Notes under the pieces: generated by a model
The model's input: the letters and a program-made list of their open reading frames with translations, nothing else
Databases searched by the model: none
What the model was told of the DNA's origin: nothing
In this document: in pieces, positions 9,579 to 18,485 of the stretch
Position numbering within the stretch: the stretch's first letter is position 1
Layout: each line of letters begins with the position of its first letter
Assembly: GCA_905182715.1 (NCBI GenBank)
Contig: CAJJCP010000015.1
Location: 11,170-75,169, forward strand
Origin: an uncultured Candidatus Poseidoniales archaeon
Lineage (GTDB): Archaea; Thermoplasmatota; Poseidoniia; Poseidoniales; Poseidoniaceae
Length of the DNA stretch: 64,000 nt
Direction of reading: 5' to 3'
Program-made: the position numbers and the translations under genes

Positions 9579-10427
9579 TCAATTGAGTTTCACTTTGTAG
9601 CGGTCTCTTCCATTGGCATACATCGTGATTGTTCCCGATGAAGAAACACAAACTGCGATTCCTTCCACCAGTTGAGATATTGCACGAGCAGCCAAATGAC
9701 GTCCACCTTCACCGGCTTTTGGAGTAATGCCAGCGGGAACCTGAATGTATCGTCCAGCATCACTTGCCACACCATCACGGTTGAACAAAATGGCTCCGTC
9801 AAGCCAAGCAAATTCTGCTAAAGTCTCATGATTCGCATCATCCAATACACTTCGCTTTTCCGAAGGGTGACCTTTGAATGGATTCAAAACAAGCGCAGTT
9901 GAATGCTTCCTCAATGCCGGTAGTGGACCAATGGCGAACAACGCTCCAATTGAGTGCCCCTCTCTCCCTCTTGATCCAATATGGCGGGCAAGTTGCATGA
10001 CTTTCGTGAGGACTCCCAAATCAATATGGAAATCCTGTGCCAAGGACGCAAAACGATTTGAATTCAAGGTTGATGTGTCGATGACAAAAACTCCATCAAT
10101 CGGTTCTGCTAAGACAACCAACATTCGTTCACCACTGGAAAGATTCCCTTCACCAATCGCTTGCAGTACCAAATCATGCATGTGTGTGAGGACGCTCAAC
10201 CCTTGTGAGGTAAGGTTTTCTTCGAGTAAAGAACATGCAATGCCACTTTCAGTCAATGATTCAACCACACGGTTTTGGCTTGAAAGAACGGTTAATTGAA
10301 GATCAGAAGGTAATACTTCTACAACTAATTTCACTTTCCGTACACTGTTTGCAAGCATCAAGACCGATTGAAAGGAGCGTCTGTCATTCGACAGAGTGGT
10401 CGTGACCATCGCAGCGAGGTCGACCAT
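9579..10427 (-). CDS. dacZ: Diadenylate cyclase, archaeal DacZ type (c-di-AMP synthase)
   Basis: The C-terminal DAC domain shows GALFAIGP...DGAILFNRDG...AGRYIQV...GGRHLAARAISQ...VCVSSSGTITMY. An N-terminal regulatory-like domain fits the DacZ architecture. Confidence 0.8.
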   Translation of the reverse strand: MVDLAAMVTTTLSNDRRSFQSVLMLANSVRKVKLVVEVLPSDLQLTVLSSQNRVVESLTESGIACSLLEENLTSQGLSVLTHMHDLVLQAIGEGNLSSGERMLVVLAEPIDGVFVIDTSTLNSNRFASLAQDFHIDLGVLTKVMQLARHIGSRGREGHSIGALFAIGPLPALRKHSTALVLNPFKGHPSEKRSVLDDANHETLAEFAWLDGAILFNRDGVASDAGRYIQVPAGITPKAGEGGRHLAARAISQLVEGIAVCVSSSGTITMYANGRDRYKVKLN

Positions 10428-10437
10428 GGAATGAGCC

Positions 10438-11106
10438 TCAAGCAGAAGTTGAGTCGATTCCAGGCAATTGGTCTTCAGTTTCTCTGTACACAGTTCTCAT
10501 GTTCGAGATGAAGTTCTTTTCCTTTACGACAATAGTATATTCTGAAAATCCAGGGTCTTCATGCCCATCAAGCTTACCGAGGATGATTTCCAAGGTGAGT
10601 CGAGCTCCTTCACGGTGCGGATATGCGAAAATACCCATTGAAAGAGGTGGCGAAATGATCGACGTAACATCTTTCATTTCTGCGAGTGTAGCAAAGAGGT
10701 TGTCATAGGTTTCTGGAAGTAAATCCCGTCGAGCCTCATCTTGGTTCGGACGGCGACAGTCAGGGCCTACAACGTGGATGATGTGTTTGTAATTGGCTGC
10801 AAGTTCAAAGGGCTCAGTGACGACATTCTTGGTGACTGCACAAGGTGGAGCGTTGATTTTCCGCATATCGAGGCAGATATTCCGAGTCACTTGTGTGAGT
10901 TCAGGGCCGGCTTTGCCATGGATGAGAGCATCCAAACCTTCACGGCCAGAGAGTCGATTGTTCGCAGGTGTGATTAAGACATCACCGCTATGATTCCATA
11001 CATCGCCACCGACGACTCGAAGAATACCCCATTTGCATGTTCGTGCCATATAGAGTTCGGCCATCAACCATCGAAGAGGGGCCACCTTACTTATCAAGTT
11101 CGCCAT
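10438..11106 (-). CDS. Macro domain protein (ADP-ribose / O-acetyl-ADP-ribose binding or hydrolysing)
   Basis: GGDVWNHSGDVLITPANNRLSGREGLDALIHGKAGPEL matches the GD...D.IVN.AN..L..GgGvdgAIh.aaG core. IIHVVGP and ISPPLSMGIFAYP are also present. Confidence 0.8.
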   Translation of the reverse strand: MANLISKVAPLRWLMAELYMARTCKWGILRVVGGDVWNHSGDVLITPANNRLSGREGLDALIHGKAGPELTQVTRNICLDMRKINAPPCAVTKNVVTEPFELAANYKHIIHVVGPDCRRPNQDEARRDLLPETYDNLFATLAEMKDVTSIISPPLSMGIFAYPHREGARLTLEIILGKLDGHEDPGFSEYTIVVKEKNFISNMRTVYRETEDQLPGIDSTSA

Positions 11107-11224
11107 TTCGGGATGAAAATACCTTCAAATCGAGAATTTAGAACATCTTCTTTCAAAGCCGAGAGCCATCTACGCTTCACTTCATGGCGGTATTGCTAAA
11201 CCCTATCGATGTTAGCCGAAATTC

Positions 11225-12103
11225 ATGGACAGAAGGAGGTCAAGTCTTCTTTTAACATTTATTTTTGTTTTGAGTAGTCTTGGCACTCCATTTCTTGATG
11301 GTCTTACCCAAGATTCATCTGAACATACTTTCACTGAGCAAGCAGCGTTAAGCGAACTCTTTGCAGGTTTTTCCAGCGAAGATGAGGCTGACTTTTGGAA
11401 TCAAACTCCATGGTCTTCCCGTGCTCAACCCGAAGGTTTTGATTTTCTTACCGTTTACGATTATTCAGATGTTGGCATACTGATCAATAATAATTCAGAA
11501 GCGAGTAAAACCATTGGCTGGACGTTTGTCAATGCTAGAAACATTTCCGATGAAAACATCTTCTTTTTCAACGATTCAGATACACCAACCAAAGAAACCA
11601 TCAACAGAAATGAATTTGATGTTTATTTTGCAGGCCCTTTCTTAGAAATGCTGTCGAATCGTTCTTCAGTTACCGAACTCAACTATTTGGTTTCTACCAA
11701 AGGAATCCCACTTCGTATAAATGGCGGGAATGATAAGGCCAGTTTTGATCAAGAATTTTCTTTACTCGGTGGTACCTATAATTCAAGCATAGGTTCGGAT
11801 TATTGGATAGACCATGGATATGGTCCGCTTGCTGGAAGTGGGATGAAAGCCTTTTCTCGAGATATCTACGGCTTTTTTCTCGTGACAAGGTTGACAGGAT
11901 ATACGGTTGAAACAGCGCTTGGGTTAATTGAAAAAGCAAATAACAGTCTTGGCCAACGTGGTCTTTTTGCCTTAGACTTAGCAACGAACCGTAACGATTC
12001 GGGTTACAAATTTTGGAACGATGACCTCTATACAACTGAGGCCGAACTCAATGGCAGTATGGGGCTGCCAACCATGTTTTCGACCAAACTTCGGAATTCT
12101 TAA
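11225..12103 (+). CDS. Surface protein fragment 1 (signal peptide + N-terminal part of a TIGR03790-like module)
   Basis: MDRRRSSLLLTFIFVLSSLGTP looks like a signal peptide. VGILINNNSEASKTIGWTFVNARNIS, YLVSTKGIPLRI and FLVTRLTGYTVETALGLIEKA are module motifs, recognised from memory. Confidence 0.7.
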   Translation: MDRRRSSLLLTFIFVLSSLGTPFLDGLTQDSSEHTFTEQAALSELFAGFSSEDEADFWNQTPWSSRAQPEGFDFLTVYDYSDVGILINNNSEASKTIGWTFVNARNISDENIFFFNDSDTPTKETINRNEFDVYFAGPFLEMLSNRSSVTELNYLVSTKGIPLRINGGNDKASFDQEFSLLGGTYNSSIGSDYWIDHGYGPLAGSGMKAFSRDIYGFFLVTRLTGYTVETALGLIEKANNSLGQRGLFALDLATNRNDSGYKFWNDDLYTTEAELNGSMGLPTMFSTKLRNS

Positions 12104-12117
12104 CGAATATTTCCAAT

Positions 12118-13521
12118 GTGATGGGTTATGCATCATGGGGTTCAAATGACGGGAACTGGGACTATAATTGGCTTCCAAATGCCGGATTCAATACGCAAGA
12201 CAGCTCGTATTCAAGCGGAGCACAATATTGGAATGCCACTTTGCCAAATCTCTCGTCAGGTGATTCGTTTAATTGGACGACCCAAACAGAAATAAAACGC
12301 GATGGGGCATCAGCTATCGAAGCATCAATATCGGCAGTATGTACTCAAGAATCTGGAAATGGTACTTCAGGGATTCTGGCGGAGTTTTTCGATAACGCAG
12401 GAATAAGTTTCAATGCCGCTTCCATGCCTACACTCATCGATCGGGTTCCCGATCATGTGCGGCTTGAGAGTTCCTTTCAAAATCCATCTTCTTCTCAGGC
12501 CTATCCTGGTTTGGATAACCGATTCCAAAACGATTGGGGCGCTCGATTTAGTGGTTTAATTGATGTGCCAGAAACAGGTAATTGGACTTTTTATCTTACC
12601 TCAGATGATGGTTCAGAATTATGGTTTGGCGGACAGAGTTTCGTTACCAATTACGGCTCGCATGGAATGAGAGAACGTTCAAACTCTGCTCAATTTGATG
12701 CCGGTAAGCATGATTTCAAAATTGAATTCTTCCAAGGAGGTGGACCACATGGATTGGAACTTTCATGGTCTGGACCAAATCAAAGTAAAGCCCCAGTGCC
12801 TCCTTCAGTCTTCTCATTAGCCGATACGTATATTCCATCGGAAAGCAATTTAATTCACCATTGGGATTTTGAAGAAGCTTCAGGTTCGATTGCTCATGAT
12901 TCAGTGAATTCAAGTACGAATTTCACTCTCAATAACATGAATTCGACCAATTGGCGTACATGCGTTGATGGCTCATGCCTATGGTATGACGGCGTTGATG
13001 ATTGGTTAGAAGTTGAGGTTGACGATTGGGCTGGAAACTTTACCGTAAGTCAATGGGTTTGGGCCAATTCTACAACTTTGCCGACCTATGCATCGGTTTT
13101 TGCAGTAGATGATAACGCAGGTTCCAACTCATCGTTTCAACATGCACTGATCGGTGGTGAATGGCGCCTGCACAACAACCAATCCTATGCCTTTGGTGAT
13201 GTTGAGGCTCAAGAGTGGACGCACCTCGTGACTGTATTCGATAACGGTTCAGCACGACAATACCTTGATGGCGTCTTGGTTCGAACGACAGCATTCAATT
13301 CAGGTTCATTGAATAATTTCGATATCTACAAATTAGGGGTGAACCGAGGCGGAACTTCCTATTTCCAAGGGATGATCGATAATGTTATGATTTGGAACAC
13401 TTCCTTACAAGACCATGAAATCACGACATTACATCGTGATATCTACAAAGATTGTTCAGCATATTCAGGCAATGGGCAGACCGCTGCATCCATTGAACAA
13501 ACCTATCAAATTCCCAGTTGA
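12118..13521 (+). CDS. Surface protein fragment 2 (PA14 domain + LamG/concanavalin-like domain)
   Basis: This frame is open from 12040, reading ...FDQTSEFLTNISNVMGYASWGSND. The PA14 signature is GLIDVPETGNWTFYLTSDDGSELWFGG...HDFKIEFFQGGGPHGLELSWSGP. The LamG_3-like signature is HWDFEEASGS...WYDGVDDWLEV...FQGMIDNVMIWNTSL. Confidence 0.75.
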   Translation: MMGYASWGSNDGNWDYNWLPNAGFNTQDSSYSSGAQYWNATLPNLSSGDSFNWTTQTEIKRDGASAIEASISAVCTQESGNGTSGILAEFFDNAGISFNAASMPTLIDRVPDHVRLESSFQNPSSSQAYPGLDNRFQNDWGARFSGLIDVPETGNWTFYLTSDDGSELWFGGQSFVTNYGSHGMRERSNSAQFDAGKHDFKIEFFQGGGPHGLELSWSGPNQSKAPVPPSVFSLADTYIPSESNLIHHWDFEEASGSIAHDSVNSSTNFTLNNMNSTNWRTCVDGSCLWYDGVDDWLEVEVDDWAGNFTVSQWVWANSTTLPTYASVFAVDDNAGSNSSFQHALIGGEWRLHNNQSYAFGDVEAQEWTHLVTVFDNGSARQYLDGVLVRTTAFNSGSLNNFDIYKLGVNRGGTSYFQGMIDNVMIWNTSLQDHEITTLHRDIYKDCSAYSGNGQTAASIEQTYQIPS

Positions 13522-16486
13522 ATTAGAAGACCACGCTTGGATCATTTACCTTTATGGGCAACGTACTGGTGATGTCTACGGTGATTTTACGATAGAAGTT
13601 GAAGGTCTTGATGAGAATGGAACCGTTCTTTCGAGTAACCAATCGAATAGCAAAAGTTTTGCTTCTACATGGGAGTCTCGAACATTGCGTTTTCGCCCAC
13701 ACAGCAATGCGACTTCATTCCGAATACGAATTCCTCTCGACATTGTAGCGACTTCAACTGACGGTTCGGTTTATCTTGATACTATGAATTTACATGCGAT
13801 ACGGCCGCATAATACATGGGTGAACGGTTCGATTGCAGAAACCGCAGTTTCGACGAGCGGGCGTTCTTTTAATTGGGATACAAGTTATGGACAATCGTTG
13901 ATTGCTGACTTACTTGAAGACGGCGTCTCGGGTGCGAAAGGTTACGTCTACGAACCATACCTCACAGCAGTTGGATCTCCAAGTACGCTGATGAGTATGT
14001 ATGCATCTGGATATAATTTAGCGGAATCACATGCAGCTGCAAATCTGCAAACCGGATGGATGGGAGTTACAGTTGGCGACCCGAAAATGGCGCCGTATGC
14101 TGATCTTTACCATGACATCAACCTCATTGGAATTCGCCAGATTGGTGACGCCTCGTATATGCAACCGAATCAACTTCAACTTGCTGTTGAAAATTTGGGG
14201 ATGTCCTCTTCAAATGGCACTCTTTTGATACAGGATATCCAAGGGAATATCGAAATGTACAGTTCGAATCTTTCTCTGCCAAGTGGAGACCTCAATGGTT
14301 CTAGAATCATCTTTAATCTCAGTATTATCCCTGAAAAAACAGGTTGGATGGATTTGCGTATTCGATATTCAAACGCAAGTCTTGATTTTCCTGAACGTAA
14401 TTTAGCAAATAATATTCTCACGCTACGAATTTGGGTGAATGCACCTCCTACGGTCGATGAGATCTATTGTGATGCTGAAATCTATTCGCGTGGAGACAAC
14501 TTCATCTGCACGATTGAAGCCAGTGACGAGGTTAATGTTTCATCAGTGGAAGTTGAGTGGGCGATTGCACAGAATATCTCGAACCTTTCTGGTTTGAATT
14601 GGAACCTTGATTCTGCGAACCGAGTAGATTCTGTACGTTGGCGAGTCTTAATTTCCCTGCCGGCTTCTATGCCACTCGGACATTTCGTTTTACGAGCAAC
14701 GGCGTTCGATGAGAGCCAACAAACTGGACAATTACTTGAGACGGATATCGCCATCGTTATCGATGCACCTGCTCAATGGTTTGGTCCACATTTTTCTGGA
14801 ATTGACTCTTCATCTTGGTCTGGTGCAAATCAACTCTCCTCTAATCCACCACAAGGTTTGTTCCGTGGCGAACCCTCGAATTTTACAATGTGTGTGTTAG
14901 ATAATGACCACGATATTTTGAATCAACAGCCGAACCTATCCGCTTCTCAAGGCCAAATTTCCAATCTCAGTTACGAGCCCCGGTTTGATTTCAACCATCA
15001 TTGTTACACCGGTTTCTATACGCGAAATGTGAGTGATTCACTCGATGATGTTCTTTTTGAAATCCGAGATGATGTTGGAACTTTACTCAATTCACGGGTT
15101 CTTTCAATGGACGACCGTTCTCCTTTTGCAGCAATTGACATTGTAGATGGGGAGGGGAATCTCCTCGATAGCGTCCGTGGTGGAGGCAATGAGTTTGCTC
15201 GGATTACGATTATAGATCCGGATGACCCCTCATCTTCCGCAACTGGTGATTTACTCGTGGAATGGCCTGGTGCAGCTTCCCTGACGGTTCCCGTCGGCGC
15301 GGCGAACATCAGTTCTCCAGTGCTGATCGAATTGCCACACATACCGTCAGCTCTTGAAAGTGGAGAACTTGAGCTTCAGTTAGCGATGACTGGCCAACAC
15401 GCTGCAGTGTTCAGCCAACAGTATAATCTCCCCCTTCTCTTAACCACACCAATTCTTGTTTCCTCATATCTTTGTGATGAGCAAGGTTCACTTGATTCCT
15501 TACGTTTTGGAAACACTGGATATTTAGTGGTACGGATTCAAAGTGAACGCCCCCTCCAATCGATGCAAACGACATTGAACCAACTTGGTTGGTCGGTATT
15601 GGCACCTTCTCTTGGTGAAATTGACAGTTCAAATTCCATGTTTGAAAATTGTTCATCAGAAACCCCATCTCTCGGTATGCATGAGCAACTCCAACAATTC
15701 CGATTGAGATTGGATGGGACTTTTATTGATGGTGAAGGGCAAATATCGATTACAGTTCGTGATGTTGATGGATTATCTAAATCGTTAGATATTGCTCTCG
15801 ACTTTTATCATGCATCACCACAAACAACGCTCGAACCGAATCAGAACATGACTGCTGGAGAGCTGTTGTCGTTCGGAGGGACGGTCTCAGATGCAGATGG
15901 GGTGGATGACGTGTCTTGTTCCGCAATAATATCGAACAATCAGTCTCAATTGGCTCAATTACAAGTTCTCCTCCAACCAGTGAATCCTACATCGGCAATT
16001 TTGGAGTTCCAATACCCTACAACGGGTACATTGAGTAATGTGACCTTAGATGTAGAAGTGACGTGCATTGATTCATGGTCACAGTCAAATTCCTCGGTTC
16101 TCCGATTTACTTTACTCCCTGAACCTGTTTGCGACTCATGCCAACAGACAGATGCGGATGGTGAGGCTGTTGAAGCAGCATCCTACCCACTTCTTCCATT
16201 GATCATTGGAATTGTTCTTCTTCTACTCGCACTGGGGGTTGGTCTGATTATGAGGAAGCCGAAAGAGGCTGAAGTTTCACAGTGGGATTCTGACCAACAA
16301 ACGGAAGAAGAATTCATTTCAAATGAACTCGATAAACCTCTTACAGAACTAAAAATACCTTCTGGTTGGTCTCAAGAACAGTATCGTATTTGGCTTGAAG
16401 GTGAAATGCCTGATGGATGGACACCCGACCAATGGATTGAATTTACAAGTGAACAAATCGAATTACTTTCGAATGAAGACTTTTGA
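13415..16486 (+). CDS. Surface protein fragment 3 (rest of the TIGR03790-like module, Ig-like repeats, TM anchor, cytoplasmic tail)
   Basis: The real entry into this frame is near 13515 (..VELEDHAWIIYLYG). GAKGYVYEPYLTAVGSP...GWMGVTVGDPKMAPY closes the module. The TM segment is PLLPLIIGIVLLLLALGVGLIM, followed by a Trp-rich tail. Confidence 0.75.
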   Translation: MKSRHYIVISTKIVQHIQAMGRPLHPLNKPIKFPVELEDHAWIIYLYGQRTGDVYGDFTIEVEGLDENGTVLSSNQSNSKSFASTWESRTLRFRPHSNATSFRIRIPLDIVATSTDGSVYLDTMNLHAIRPHNTWVNGSIAETAVSTSGRSFNWDTSYGQSLIADLLEDGVSGAKGYVYEPYLTAVGSPSTLMSMYASGYNLAESHAAANLQTGWMGVTVGDPKMAPYADLYHDINLIGIRQIGDASYMQPNQLQLAVENLGMSSSNGTLLIQDIQGNIEMYSSNLSLPSGDLNGSRIIFNLSIIPEKTGWMDLRIRYSNASLDFPERNLANNILTLRIWVNAPPTVDEIYCDAEIYSRGDNFICTIEASDEVNVSSVEVEWAIAQNISNLSGLNWNLDSANRVDSVRWRVLISLPASMPLGHFVLRATAFDESQQTGQLLETDIAIVIDAPAQWFGPHFSGIDSSSWSGANQLSSNPPQGLFRGEPSNFTMCVLDNDHDILNQQPNLSASQGQISNLSYEPRFDFNHHCYTGFYTRNVSDSLDDVLFEIRDDVGTLLNSRVLSMDDRSPFAAIDIVDGEGNLLDSVRGGGNEFARITIIDPDDPSSSATGDLLVEWPGAASLTVPVGAANISSPVLIELPHIPSALESGELELQLAMTGQHAAVFSQQYNLPLLLTTPILVSSYLCDEQGSLDSLRFGNTGYLVVRIQSERPLQSMQTTLNQLGWSVLAPSLGEIDSSNSMFENCSSETPSLGMHEQLQQFRLRLDGTFIDGEGQISITVRDVDGLSKSLDIALDFYHASPQTTLEPNQNMTAGELLSFGGTVSDADGVDDVSCSAIISNNQSQLAQLQVLLQPVNPTSAILEFQYPTTGTLSNVTLDVEVTCIDSWSQSNSSVLRFTLLPEPVCDSCQQTDADGEAVEAASYPLLPLIIGIVLLLLALGVGLIMRKPKEAEVSQWDSDQQTEEEFISNELDKPLTELKIPSGWSQEQYRIWLEGEMPDGWTPDQWIEFTSEQIELLSNEDF

Positions 16487-16499
16487 TGGAGAAGGGTTG

Positions 16500-16766
16500 A
16501 TGTGCTTTGAGCACTTGGTATGTACGAGTGCTATGGCAGTAGGATATGTTTTGATTAATGTTGCACCTGGAAAGGAGCATGAAGTTTACCTCGCTGTCAG
16601 AGATATGCCTTTTGTTGACGATGCTACACTTCTTTTTGGCGATCACGACCTTATTGTAAAACTGGTTGCAGATAGCCTTACCATTATCGCTCAATCCGTT
16701 GTTGAATCGATCCGCCAAATCCCCGGAATCGTAGATACTAAGACACTCGCAGGCGCTGAGTTGTAA
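16500..16766 (+). CDS. Stand-alone Lrp/AsnC-type ligand-binding (RAM) domain protein
   Basis: AVGYVLINVAPGKEHEVYLAVRDMPFVDDATLLFGDHDLIVKLVADSLTIIAQSVVESIRQIPGIVDTKTL fits the AsnC_trans_reg pattern. The start is uncertain: ATG 16500 or 16533, with the ORF open from 16395. Confidence 0.6.
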   Translation: MCFEHLVCTSAMAVGYVLINVAPGKEHEVYLAVRDMPFVDDATLLFGDHDLIVKLVADSLTIIAQSVVESIRQIPGIVDTKTLAGAEL

Positions 16767-16941
16767 CCGTGCTTTTTTCACGAATAACATTTGATGATTT
16801 CTATTCGATGCACTGAGGCTTTGACCTCAAAAAAGCGTTTTGGAAAGGGCCACTGCGGGGCCTATAGGGCGCAGTAAGGCGTTTAATTGGAGCAAATACT
16901 ATATACTTGGCGGGGGTGTCAAGTATCGGAGGTAATCCAAA

Positions 16942-17205
16942 ATGTCTGATAAAAAATACTTTGTTCTCATGGAGAACGGAAAAGATACGAGCCAGGTTTT
17001 TGCTAGCAAACAACCCCGTGGTGCGGCCCTCAAGGCAGCAACCCGCGGACATACGAACATACGCCTACGAGAGCGTGGCACCAAGCGTGTCCACGTTTTC
17101 TCCGGTAGCATTAGCATGGTTCCAAAGCCAGCCAATGGACCAGCTTGGCTTCCTGATAAGATCAAGAAGGCAAACGTCAAGAAGTCCGGAATCGAACACC
17201 TTTGA
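16942..17205 (+). CDS. Archaeal chromatin protein MC1
   Basis: KYFVLMENGKDTSQVFASKQPRGAALKAATRGHTNIRLRERGTKRVHVFSG...PAWLPDKIKKANVKK closely parallels the Methanosarcina MC1 sequence as I remember it (FTGKQPRQAALKAA...IRLRERGTKKVHVF). GGAGGT lies 8 nt upstream, and a TATA-like CTATATA lies about 35 nt upstream. Confidence 0.85.
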   Translation: MSDKKYFVLMENGKDTSQVFASKQPRGAALKAATRGHTNIRLRERGTKRVHVFSGSISMVPKPANGPAWLPDKIKKANVKKSGIEHL

Positions 17206-17267
17206 TTCCATAACAACTTGATTGTCCGTTTTTCAAATTTGAAATTTCAAATTTGTTCCCGAAAGGG

Positions 17268-17708
17268 TCACCGCTTCACTTCCTTCTTCGGAGGGATTTG
17301 AGGCCTCACATTTCTTTCTTTAACAGGCCATTCAGCAATCCATAGCGAAAGCCATATCATCACGATTTGTGCTGATGCACGAAGAATATGCCCTGACGTG
17401 CTAAAATTAGTGTCTCCGATGGAGATGTCATGAATCCACATGTTCAAATTTGCCCAATAGACTATGACCAGAAAAACCGCAGTTGAGAAAGCAGCCCTTC
17501 TTCTTGATACAGGTGCAATCATTCCAAGACCAAGAATTACTTCAACAAGCCCACTGACATAAACCCAAAATTCAGGTACACCGAGAACTTCGGGAACGAT
17601 CGGCAAGAAAAAGGTCGGATTGGTAAAATGTTGTACGCCAACTGAAACGAATGCCATACCGAATACAAGCGCTGAAAGTTGACGTATTTTCTGCATTGCC
17701 GACGGCAA
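17268..17708 (-). CDS. DoxX-like integral membrane protein
   Basis: There are four hydrophobic segments. HFTNPTFFLPIVPEVLGVPEFWVYVSGLVEVILGLGMIAPVSRR resembles the DoxX-like family pattern. Confidence 0.45.
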   Translation of the reverse strand: MPSAMQKIRQLSALVFGMAFVSVGVQHFTNPTFFLPIVPEVLGVPEFWVYVSGLVEVILGLGMIAPVSRRRAAFSTAVFLVIVYWANLNMWIHDISIGDTNFSTSGHILRASAQIVMIWLSLWIAEWPVKERNVRPQIPPKKEVKR

Positions 17709-17717
17709 AAAATCGCC

Positions 17718-18485
17718 TCAGTAACGGACTTTTTGCCGAGTAAGGGTTCGCCAAATACGCTGTAGAGGATCATAGTAACGGTCAACGACTCGTTCTTTTA
17801 ATTGGATAATCGCATCATCGGTAATTTGAATCCCAGCAGGACAAACCTCAGTGCAACATCGAGTAATGTTACAATATTCAATTCCAAAGTCTTTCTTTAT
17901 CTCAGGTATTCGATCTTCAGTATCCATTGGATGCATTTCGTATTGAGCGAGTCGAACTAAGTTTCGGGGACCGGCAAATTCGTTGAACAAAGCGTGGTCT
18001 CGAAGTACGTGGCATGTATTCACACACAGGAAACACTCGATGCATTCACGGAATTGTTGCACCCTGTCTGCTTCCATTTGATTGAATTCCCAATTCATTT
18101 CTTCAGGGCCTTTAATCGGTTTAATTTTTTGAGCCATCTCGTAATTCCAAGATACATCAGTCACGAGATCTTTGACGTGAGGAAATGCCTGCATTGGACG
18201 AATTTCAATAGCTTGTCCTTCCGGAGTCTCTGCAACAACATCGCTCATACGTGTCATGCACATTAAACGTGGTCGACCGTTAATCTCTGCAGAACAAGAA
18301 CCGCACTTTCCAGCTTTACAATTCCACCGAACAGCCAAATCTGGTTGTTGTTCATGTTGAATACGATGGACACAATCGAGAACAACCATGCCTTCATCCA
18401 GTTCGATGCTGAATTCTTCAAGAGCGGCCTCGTCACCTTCACCGCGAAGTATTTTGAAATCTTGTGTCTTACCTTTGAGTGACAT
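17718..18485 (-). CDS. sdhB: Succinate dehydrogenase/fumarate reductase iron-sulfur subunit
   Basis: Cys clusters are CKAGKCGSCSAEINGRPRLMC (2Fe-2S), CIECFLCVNTC (4Fe-4S) and CCTEVCPAGI (3Fe-4S). Confidence 0.9.
   Translation of the reverse strand: MSLKGKTQDFKILRGEGDEAALEEFSIELDEGMVVLDCVHRIQHEQQPDLAVRWNCKAGKCGSCSAEINGRPRLMCMTRMSDVVAETPEGQAIEIRPMQAFPHVKDLVTDVSWNYEMAQKIKPIKGPEEMNWEFNQMEADRVQQFRECIECFLCVNTCHVLRDHALFNEFAGPRNLVRLAQYEMHPMDTEDRIPEIKKDFGIEYCNITRCCTEVCPAGIQITDDAIIQLKERVVDRYYDPLQRIWRTLTRQKVRY

Larger units (their letters stand above)
11225..16486 (+). pseudogene. One large secreted, C-terminally TM-anchored surface protein (~1750 aa) split into three ORFs by two frameshifts
   Basis: The signal peptide occurs only in fragment 1 and the TM anchor only in fragment 3. 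A single conserved module is split across all three fragments (see findings). The junctions lie at about 12077-12081 (a T-run) and about 13513-13519. Confidence 0.7.

Noticed and set aside
16767-16941. Possible tRNA or small RNA genes in the longer spacers (also 31248-31518, 40963-41076, 23519-23605)
   Set aside because: I could not fold a cloverleaf or find conserved T-loop/D-loop boxes by eye. Only short hairpins are present. A covariance-model scan would be needed to exclude small RNAs.
16899-17221. ORFs of 104-105 aa on both strands overlapping the MC1 gene
   Set aside because: The MC1 reading frame has a clear homolog, an SD and a TATA-like element. The overlapping frames are basic, low-complexity shadows.
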